This document shows positions 53,465-64,000 of a stretch of 64,000 nucleotides of DNA, piece after piece. Position numbers and translations under genes: made by a program. This stretch comes from Octopus vulgaris (Eukaryota). Below the pieces are notes generated by a model. That model was not told the DNA's origin. It searched no databases and saw nothing but the letters and a program-made list of their open reading frames with translations. Each line of letters begins with the position of its first letter. Positions within the stretch are counted from its first letter, which is position 1. Location of the stretch: the NCBI GenBank assembly GCA_951406725.2, contig OX597814.1, positions 184,884,001-184,948,000 on the forward strand, given 5' to 3'.

Positions 53465-53666
53465 GTGGTTTCATTTGTTTGACCAGTGCCATACTGAAGC
53501 ACAACCCGCAAGGGTTTAGTCGAACGTATTGAATCAGTATTCATTTCAGCATTTGGTACTTGTTTTATCGGACCCCTTAGTTAATGAATGTAAACAAATA
53601 TAAATACAAACATGTGCACTCATTCAAACACATATATTTATGTACACACACATGCACACACACACA

Positions 53667-53717
<51 letters not shown>

Positions 53718-53920
53718 ATACACACACACACTGACACACACACACACTGACACACACACACAGACACACATACATATATATACGACGGTCTTACTTTCAA
53801 TTTATCCCTATCAAATTTTACTCAAGGCCACCTGTGGTCATAGTGTGCCCAAGGAATCAGGCAGTGGGACTCAACCTGAAACAACGTGGTTGTGAAATGA
53901 ATGTATTTCCCAAATGCCCC
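53465..53920 (-). mobile_element. Old, degenerate family-A-related SINE
   Basis: Collinear weak match with a central CA tract. Confidence 0.55.
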
Positions 53921-54348
53921 ATGTCTGTACATACGGCTGTAAAAGTAACCTCATGCTGTAGGGTTTATTTATTTAAATTTGATGATTTAGTTCGCTGGTA
54001 ATTAGATCTTCATAATGTGTGTTCCTTTAGGTGACAAATAGAAGACTTTGGTTAGGAGATTCAGGAACGTAGAACATAGAGCTTAGTTATTCCTTTTACG
54101 TGTTTCATTGAGCCACTTTGATCGAGTGCTAACAGATGGATCATGTTGAAGCAATGTAGGGCTGGCCTATTTTTAATGTGTAGCTGTTCCTTTGTAGGAA
54201 TGATCATTTGTCATATGTACTGAATAAAGTGTATGCTACTGTAGGAGAGAATATATTGGTTAAGTATATGATACGTAATTAAATGCGGGACAGTTACTAT
54301 TATCGTAGTTAATAGCAATAGTGGCAGTCTTTCTTATATGGGCTGCAG

Positions 54349-54650
54349 TTGTGGTTTTTTGAGGAGAAATTTGTTCATATGCCTACACACATACAAAATT
54401 TCCCATCGTCTTTTGTTTAAGAGCTTGAAGCATTGCATCAAGTTGTTAAACTCTTCAGTCGGATATAATTTACATCTTCCTGATTCATTATAAGTATGTG
54501 GTTGCTGCGCAAACAAAGCTCTAGCTTACACTATCCTTCAGTTTTCTCTCGTATTGAAATAGAGAAATAGAATAATACTACCTCTAATTTAGAAAAAAGA
54601 GTGATCTGCGTGTATCCGGAGCGAATGGCGTCTCCATGAGCCCTATAGCA
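54349..54650 (-). pseudogene. Penelope-like GIY-YIG endonuclease relic (copy 2, longer)
   Basis: Same C-terminal motif, plus upstream GLMETPF resembling YIGLTExxFKxR. Frameshifted. Confidence 0.55.
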
Positions 54651-54941
54651 CTTTTCAGAGACTTCTGCAGATGTTATTTTGTTTTGCTAATATATGACAC
54701 TTGCCATTAAAAGAGCAAAAGCTTACTTGCTACATTGGAAGTTATGCGCTCATGGTTATTAACAGATTTCAACTCAATAAAATATATTTTACTACTTCTG
54801 TTTTGTGGGAGTTGCTACACATATTCACGATTTTCCTTGAAGCCACTTCTTATTAATGTCTTATTGTAGTAGGGTGCGGCTCGATTGAGTATGTCTCTGT
54901 CGGAGGCCAGATTGGGTAAGACCTATTTATGTTACCGACTA

Positions 54942-55022
<81 letters not shown>

Positions 55023-56054
55023 TGTATGTATGTATGTATGTATGTATGTGTGTATGTATGTATGTGTGTATGAATGTATGTGTGTATGAATGTATGTATG
55101 TATGTATGTATGTATGTATATGTATATATATGTATAAATATATATATATATGTATAAATATATATATATATGTATATTTATATATCTTCTTTTTATTGCA
55201 AGGAATGATGGAAATTTTATATATATGTCTTCATTTGGTTTTCATTAGGGACAATGTTCGCCTGTAATTAAACCTAATGGGATATCTTAAATTATGGACG
55301 TGTGTTAGGTTATGGTGCACGACTTTTAAATTCTCTCACACACACACGCTCACACTGATACGCTTACCTACACACATACACACACACATATGATTGCTGT
55401 TTACTCTTGTCTGAAGAAGACCGTAATTGACTATGAAAGAAATTTTTTCGACAGTGGCGTTTTAAACCCTGTCAGATCATATATATCTTTTGGCAGACCG
55501 TACAAAGTTGTAAAAGACTTTTACAATAAAATGGTGAAATTCCTTGTAAACTAAATATATCTCTTTCTGTGTATATATATACTACCAAAATATGACCTCT
55601 TTGAACTTATAATTTTCTGTGTATATATATAGATACTTCCAAACAAACATGATTTTTAATGAAATCCTTATAGGTTTTATGAACTTGTTAATAATTTCTC
55701 AAAAAAGTTTTGTCTGTAAACTGTTTTTAGCATTTTCTTATTATTATCAAAGAATGTATTTTTTGTGTCCAATATTTTAATGAACTTTTTTTATATTTTC
55801 CCAAGATTTTTCCTTGTAAACTGTTTTTAACATATTCTTATTATTATCAAAGAATGTATATATGTATTATAATATTTTGTGACAACCAGTACCTAACACA
55901 ACAAAGCTTTTACATGTTACTTTTGACAATCTTTTTCTAAAATGTGAAACCGGTCAAGTGAATAAACATCTTTTAAAATTGCCTTTTTAAACCTTTCATA
56001 TATAATTCCACTCGTACGGTACTTTACAACTTCACTTTGTTATATATATATATA

Positions 56055-56149
<95 letters not shown>

Positions 56150-56789
56150 ATACAAACTGGGACAAGAACGCAAAACATATAGAAGACGATACAAAAAACA
56201 CGGACGGGACATTCGAAGCCTTCAATCTTCAGTCAAGAACCGGATCATCCTTGCAATTTCGGCTGATTAATCTTGAGATTGCTCCAATCTTGTCAGCCCC
56301 AAGGAAAATCTAAGCTAAGCGCATTAGATTCCTTGGAAGAAAGCCTCGAATGTATACAAAACAAAGACGGAAAAACGGACGATGTTACACGAATATGAAT
56401 GCAAAAATACGTAAAAACAATAATAAAAATACGTAAAAACAATAATAAAAATACGTAAAAACAATAATGATAATAACACACACACATACATATGTAGTCA
56501 TTTTGAGGATACAGATACCTCTTAAAAAGGGATGTTAACATCCAAACTTCACCGGTTTAGTCTTATATTTCGATATGTTAATAAATTGATGTTTATCTGT
56601 TAAAACTCTCCATTTTCTTATTATCATATAATATATATATCACCGTGGTCACCGTGACCGATCAGGCTATCAGATGTTGCTACACATCGCTGGTCACAAT
56701 GCGCTTCGCATTGTTTTAACCTTCGAATAATGCCACCCCGCTGGCTAAGCGGATATATCAATAGAAGAAAGAGTGAGAGAAAGTTGTGG

Positions 56790-56823
<34 letters not shown>

Positions 56824-56834
56824 TTATATGTTTA

Positions 56835-57042
56835 TACTCTTTTACTTGTTTCAGTCATTTGACTGCAGCCATGCTGGAGCACCGCCTTTAATCGAGCAAC
56901 TCGACTCCGGGGCTTATTTTTTTGTAAGCCCAGTACTTATTCTATCGGTCTCTTTTGCCGAACCGCTAAGTGACGGAGACATAAACACACCAGCATCGGT
57001 TGTCAAGCAATGCTAGGGGGACAAACACAGACACACAAACAT

Positions 57043-57087
<45 letters not shown>

Positions 57088-57256
57088 CATATATACGACG
57101 GGCTTCTTTCAGTTTCCGTCTACCAAATCCACTCACAAGGCTTTGGTCGGCCCGTGGCTATAGTGGAAGACACTTGCCCAAGGTGCCACGCAGTGCGACT
57201 GAACCCGGAACCATGTGGTTGGTAAGCAAGCAACTTACCACACAGCCACTTCTGCG

Positions 57257-57259
<3 letters not shown>
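56835..57259 (-). mobile_element. Family-A SINE
   Basis: Full-length match. Confidence 0.9.
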
Positions 57260-57310
<51 letters not shown>

Positions 57311-58130
57311 CTTATATGTATATGTGTATATATATACACACATACATCAGGTTTGCGAAATGAACCTACCAATCAGATGGTGCATGCACATAAGCAAACA
57401 CAGACACACACATGTACACAAGTACATGCATTATCTGCATATGTAAACACCTACATATATGTATATATATATATTATGACCTTGCATGTACGTATATATT
57501 CATCTTTGCATGCATGTATGTATATATGTATGTATGTACGTATGTATGTATACATAAATATATGCATGTAGTCGTTCGTACTTTGGCGCATGTTTATGCG
57601 TGTCTGCACATGCCATGTATTACTGCAGTATGATCAAATGTCACCGTCACTATTAAAGACTTTTCCCCCTAAGTCCTCTCCCCACTTTTCCCCAACCCTC
57701 TTCTACCATCATTCTCCTGCCACCCCCCACCCACACCACGTCGTCCTCCTCTCATTAAATTCCCCCACCCCCACCCCCACCCATCTCGTAACCTCAGTTT
57801 CAGATTAAATCTCATTAGTAACCGGATTCCCACAGACCATGTCTTTGATTTAGAATTCCAGTTTCAGGTTCGATTATTGTAACACTAGGATGGTGGTGGT
57901 GGTGGTGGTGGTGGTGGTGGTAATCGTGGTAGTGGTGGTGGTTGTGTAGATGATGGTGGTGTCTGGCGTTTGTGCTGCTGCTGCTGATGCTTGTAGTTGT
58001 TAAGTTAATCACACTATTGATGATGATGTTGCTGTTGCTGTAGTGAGTGGTGGAGGTGATGGTGGTGGTGGTGGTTTTGATGGTTATTTTGGTGTTACTG
58101 TTGGAGTTGATGGTATTGTGATGGTGTTAC

Positions 58131-58361
58131 GGCGGCGAGCTGGCAGAAACGTTAGCGCGCCGGGCGAAATGCTTAGCGGTATTTCGTCTGCCGTTACGTT
58201 CTGAGTTCAAATTCCGCCAAGGTCGACTTTGCCTTTCATCCTTTCGGGGTCGATTAAATAAGTACCAGTTACGCACTGGGGTCGATGTAATCGGCTTGAT
58301 CCATTTGTCTGTCCTTGTTTGTCCTCCCTGTGTTTAGCCCCTTGTGGGTAGTAAAGAAATA
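58131..58361 (+). mobile_element. Family-B SINE, full length
   Basis: TSD GGTATTGTGATGGTGTT / GGTATTGTAATGGTGTT. Confidence 0.9.
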
Positions 58362-58959
58362 GGTATTGTAATGGTGTTGGTGATAGTGGAAGTAGACGTA
58401 GCGGAGATGCTGATGCTGATGCTCGTGGTGGTTGTGGTGGTGGTGGTGGTGGTAGTGGTGGTGGTGGTGGTGCTAGTGGTGGTGATGCTGGTGGTGGTGA
58501 TGATACTGGTGGTGGTGGTGGTGGTCGTCGTCGTCGTCGCCTTCGTGATGGTAGTGGCAGTAGTGGTGATGGTGATGGTGGTAGCCGTGATGGCGGTAGC
58601 CGTGATGGCGTGATGGCGGTAGCCGTGATGGCGGTAGCCGTCGTCGCAATAATATGCTATGTTACTTATGTTAGTGGCACGATGGCAATATTGTCCTGCT
58701 AATCTGGTTCTTGTGATGCTGATACTGGGGTGACAATCTTGCTATTCGTGCGGATGGTAGGATTAAAGTAGTAGTGGTATGATGGTAATAGTTGCTTGGT
58801 GGTATCAGTAGCAGTGGTAGTTATAGTATTGTAGCTGTAGTTGTAGAATGCTGATGATAATATTTATAATGGTCCTGAAGAAGGTAATCCGAGATGGCCT
58901 TTACTGTGAGAGCGATAACAAACAACAGAAATAGGGTCAATATTAAGGACATTACATTA

Positions 58960-59230
58960 GGCGGCGAGCTGGCAGAAACGTTAGCACGCCGGGCGAAATG
59001 CGTAGCCGTATTTCGTCTGTCGTTACGTTGTGAGTTCAAATTCCGCCGAGGTCAACTTTGCCTTTCATCCTTTCGGGGTCGATAAATTAAGTACCAGTTA
59101 CGCACTAGGATCGATATAATCGACTTAATACCTATGTCTGTCCTTGTTTGTCCCCTCTATGTTAAGCCCCTTGTGGGTAATAAAGAAATAGGTATTTCGT
59201 CCGTCTTTATGTTCCGAGTTCAAATTCCAA
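58960..59230 (+). mobile_element. Family-B SINE plus start of a second unit
   Basis: Junction AAAGAAATA|GGTATTTCG at 59191. Confidence 0.88.
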
Positions 59231-60000
59231 CGTTGCATAGAGATATTTCGATTTGGTAACATTCGAGGAGTCCTTGTTAAAGATATTGTATTATCAGAGT
59301 CCAAATCGAACGTTTTAAGAATTTCTTAATATGTTAGGTTCGTCATCTTCAGTGGATAGAGGATTAATCCGGACTATATTACAGGTAAGTGTAATACTGT
59401 CTAGTACAATTTAAACAGGAAGCTAGCTTGTAGCATTAAATGTATATTGGTCATCATTTATGTATACAACGATGAACCGGTTATGTGGTTGCTCAATCCA
59501 TTAGAAATAACAGCCAAATCTCTCTTAAAGACATATTGTCTCGAATTTTTGAAACGTAGCCATGGTTAAAATACCTAAGAAAAGAAATTAATGGGATAGA
59601 CACGGAATAAATGTCTTTGAACATAGGTCTGATCGATCAGGCCCCACTTAATGCTAAAGGCAACAACAATAATGACAACATCTGTTCATACATATGTGAA
59701 AGCTGTACCTAACGCACAATGTATACGCATACAAACACACACGCATTTACATACCCACAAACTTATACATAATCTTACTTGCAGCAACACACACATACAT
59801 AAGCAAAGCTCGGCACTACTTATCTAACTTCCCTACGTAAACACATACACATACAATTATACACATATAAATACACTCATTCATAAGTAAAAGATTATAT
59901 TTGCACAAACTGTCCCATACTGTCATTGCTATGTGAATGGTGTAAGCCAAACACATACATGCAGTATATGTCTTTACAGACAGAATGCCAAGGTATTATT

Positions 60001-60001
60001 T

Positions 60002-60083
<82 letters not shown>

Positions 60084-60096
60084 TATATATATATAT

Positions 60097-60154
<58 letters not shown>

Positions 60155-60155
60155 C
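60001..60155. repeat. (GATA)n/(GACA)n microsatellite
   Basis: Direct inspection. Confidence 0.95.
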
Positions 60156-61349
60156 GATCGATATACGCACACACATATGCGCACATCATGTTTACATACA
60201 TGTACACTACATATGCATGCATACATATGTGACGACATACATACATGTATACATACATATTTGATGATACTTATTGGCAATGATGCATATACACAATGCG
60301 AATGCATACACACACATACATGCATGTATGTGTGCGTGTGTGTATGTGTGTGTGTTTGTGTGTGTTTGTGTGTGTGTTGAAACACTCACTTCACATAACA
60401 TGCACAGGTAACCTGCAGAAAAAACACACGCGTACACACACATGCGCATACATACTGGGACACAAACATAGTCATACACAAACATACACAAGGAGATTCA
60501 CATACGCATACGCAAAAATATTAATGGTAGGAGGCGATGCTATTTCGGAACTGAAATGATCGCTGATATCATATACTGTTTCCTGTTATCTCTCTAGCAA
60601 CAATACTACTACCTAAAGCGTCACTCTTACATACTCCCGTCCCTGAACTCTATTTCCTGTTCCTATCTCTGCACCACCAGCATTACCATTAGCATCATCA
60701 CTGCCTCCACCATCACCACTAATTCTTCCAGACCCTCCAGCACTAGAATTTGTGGTTCTGTCACAGTACTCGTACCAATGCACCAATGCACCAATCCAGC
60801 AGCTATGCAGCCATCATCACTGTACATGCCACCATCACATCCGTCCCACCGCTATCAGTATCACCACCTATATTACTACTACATGCATACACCAAATATC
60901 ACGAACATTAAAGCAGCGCTACGACAACCACCATCTTTACCACTACCACCATAACCACAAGCACTACACAAACTTCAATGCACCAGTAAATTCGCCATCA
61001 ACACTACAACACCCACCGCTAATACTGTCGCCACAACAATTTCACTACGACTACCATCGCTATCACAACTCCAATACCTCTAGCTCTACCAACACAATGC
61101 ACCACTAATAATTCCACCACTACAATACAACCACAGAAACAGTACCAGCGACATTCCAGTTCCATATGTACCACTCCACCACCACCACCACCACGACCAA
61201 AGCACTTTCATTTTCTTCACCGCCATTATTAACTATATTGCTCTTAATTAATAGTATAGCACCTATTAAACGCGCCCACCTACAAACATACCTTCTGGAG
61301 CCAACCGAGCTATTAGCAAATAGAAAACGGTGCAGTGTGGCATAGATTG

Positions 61350-61724
<375 letters not shown>

Positions 61725-61727
<3 letters not shown>

Positions 61728-62172
61728 CTTACATTTTCTACTTTATTTTGCTCCTCTTTTTCTCTCCTTTCCTTCAGATCTCCTTTCGAGATCTTGTTCC
61801 TGCTACTCCCTTCTTCCTCTTTTTGACTGCCTCTCTGTAATATCTCCCTACCTCTGTTTGGTCCCTCGGACATGTTTCTGTCTGATCGTTTTAGCATTCG
61901 TGTCTTTCAGTACATACATAACGAACAACAGTTTATATACGTGTGTGTATGTGTGTGTATTTATACATCTGTGTCGCGTGTGTACCGTTGGCGATTTTTT
62001 CTTTCCGTCTTCCCTTCCTTGGATCTTTCCTTGTCCTATGTTTCTGACGAAGAGCTCCGCTCGAAACGTTAAATCTTCTTTCTTTCCTTCCTTTCCTGAG
62101 CGTCCAATAACACTATACTTATTCCACGTCCTCGCGTTGTTGTTTTTTTTCTTTGTGTTTTCATGTTTGAAT

Positions 62173-62177
<5 letters not shown>
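61725..62177 (+). mobile_element. Penelope-like terminal-repeat fragment carrying a hammerhead, ending at a (TA)n tract
   Basis: Pyrimidine-rich sequence around the hammerhead at 62040 with an abrupt junction to (TA)n at 62178. Left boundary uncertain. Confidence 0.55.
62040..62074 (+). ncRNA. Minimal type I hammerhead ribozyme motif (Penelope-type)
   Basis: GTTT-CTGACGA-A-GAGC-TCC-GCTC-GAAAC-GTT-AAAT: intact core, 4-bp stem II, palindromic AACGTT stem III, short stem I. Confidence 0.75.
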
Positions 62178-62223
<46 letters not shown>

Positions 62224-62839
62224 GTGTTTGTGTGAGTCCATTCCCATTCTGACTGTAACACAAGCGAAGACCTTTACATCAAGCTTTACCGGCCTAATTC
62301 TGTGGCCTTTCCGCTGGACAAATATTCCTTAAAAAGAAAACCGTGCTGAGGCCTGTATGTGCATGCACAGATGCATAATCCACTGTCACCAATAGATTCC
62401 TTATAACTGAAAATAAACGAATGATCATGGCTGGATTGTTTTAGTGGCGGGATAGGCCTGTTCTAGCAAGCTTGACGTAGAACAAAACAGCCTCAAAATT
62501 ATCCTTATTTTCACCAAGACCACCTTGGCCAAAACACACGTGATCTATCATCTCTTCCTCTTACCCCTACACATTTTCTCACACGTGACATTTTGTCCAG
62601 TCGTATGCTCCCAAGGTTGCATTTACTTGGAATTCCAATTTCCTTAATATGTTTTTCTTCTAGCGAATTAATTTGAAGGCTCAAATTCAACGTTTACATC
62701 TATCTCTATTTCAAAGATTCCCAAAATGTTTTTAAGTTTTTAAATTAAGTTTTACATTTCCCCTTCAGAATAAAATACTTAACGATAATTTTTTCTTTTT
62801 TTTAAGCGTCCCTTAGTAGATACAAAGAAATATATGTAT

Positions 62840-63265
62840 AACGAGTAAAACACCCCCACAACCGTCTAATGGACGGTGCTGAGTTGTCAAACATTTAAAC
62901 CAAATTTTCTCAAAGCAACTTGTCCAACTGTCCCATAGGCCTCCCCTTTGAGAAACACTGATTTAACCTAAATTTGAGACACCAAACAGGCCGGCGTTTT
63001 TTGCGCAAACTGCATGTGCATTTTACCCGCGTACGCATAGTATCGATCGCAACAGCTGATGTACTTGCGCGTACAAGTGCACGTTCCCACGGCTTTATCG
63101 ATCGCATTCTCACCCGAAATCTATTTTTGTAATTTTTTCAAGCCTTATTTATACACGCCCTGATACTGTCGGTATCTACATATCAAATTTGAACGCAATC
63201 GGATGGAGGATGCCCGAGATCCTAGAAGACACACACACAGACAGAACGGATTTTATATAATAGAT
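62840..63265 (-). mobile_element. Probable Helitron-like non-autonomous element, third family
   Basis: End CACACAGACAG...TTTTATATAATAGAT and hairpin CCGTC-TAATG-GACGG near 62863. Left boundary uncertain. Confidence 0.45.
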
Positions 63266-63269
63266 AATG

Positions 63270-63520
63270 ATCCCGTTCTATGCAGTAGCTGCGGACTACA
63301 AGATAACTCGTGGTCGGCCCCGCACCAGATGGCTGGACGTGATTAAGGAAGATCTCCAGAATCTCGACGTCATCCTGGAAGATGCAGAGGGGATGGCACA
63401 GGATCACCAGTGATAGGGAGCACTGGTGGACCTGGTTGGCTCTCCACACGACGACGCACCTGGGACCATTAATGTCGGATGACACCAGCCCCATCAAACA
63501 AGAGCACGAAGGAAGCAAGC
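63270..63520 (+). mobile_element. RTE-clade LINE 3' fragment
   Basis: From 63309: RGRPRTRWLDVIKEDL...AQD, the typical RTE C-terminal motif, then a short 3' UTR. Confidence 0.7.
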
Positions 63521-63634
63521 ATGTGCTTCATTGAACTGTCCAAAGTTCTGGCTGTACCAAAATCGAGAATAATAGAATTTGTCCAGACTGACGTATTACA
63601 CAATTTTCGCAGCATCGTATACACTTTATTAACA

Positions 63635-63977
63635 TCTCTATATATATAAACGGCAAAATGTCTGTGTGCGTGTCCTTTATACAAATCTCTAATTTTTCAG
63701 TTAGAGGGCTCGCACTTTCTATGGTCATTTAAAACCGTCCAAGGGTAGTCGTGCACATCTTTACATTTCCCAGTCACCTCGCAAAGCCATTAAAAAATCA
63801 ATAGAAGTGACTTTTTTGTGAATTTTCTACCCAAAACCCAATCAAAATGCCCGAAGCTTGATATGCCAATTGAATGCCAGCTAGCTGTATGTGATTAGTC
63901 GGAGATCTGGACAGTACTTGCGTGTATGCGCGCATGCACTAGCACTATGACCCGGCATTGCCGGGTCATAGTGCTAG
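63635..63977 (+). mobile_element. Non-autonomous Helitron-like element
   Basis: 5' TC, 3' CTAG, inserted between A and T, with a terminal palindrome at 63938-63978. Homologous to 17429-17735. Confidence 0.8.
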
Positions 63978-64000
63978 TCGGGAATATATAAAAGAGAACC

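Overview
AT-rich eukaryotic (animal) genomic DNA, very probably intronic or intergenic sequence of an octopus-type cephalopod. That assignment is inferred from the SINE repertoire and microsatellite load, not proven. No host protein-coding gene can be supported, and nearly all listed ORFs are microsatellite or SINE artefacts. The window contains: (i) a near-full-length Tx1/L1-type LINE (about 37.37-42.81 kb; ORF1 with zinc knuckle, ORF2 APE-RT-CCHC; three lesions) inserted into a tRNA-derived SINE; (ii) about 40 copies of four tRNA-headed SINE families; (iii) Helitron-like and TIR (Tc1/mariner, hAT) non-autonomous elements; (iv) relics of R4/Dong and RTE LINEs; (v) several small non-coding Penelope-like/retrozyme-like elements carrying type I hammerhead ribozyme motifs, in tandem and fold-back arrangements and inserted into microsatellites. 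Top leads: hammerhead-bearing non-autonomous elements (a 512-bp unit, and a tRNA-headed hammerhead element), and a Tx1 LINE whose 3' end is shared with a SINE family that repeatedly inserts at GGTATT, including into itself.
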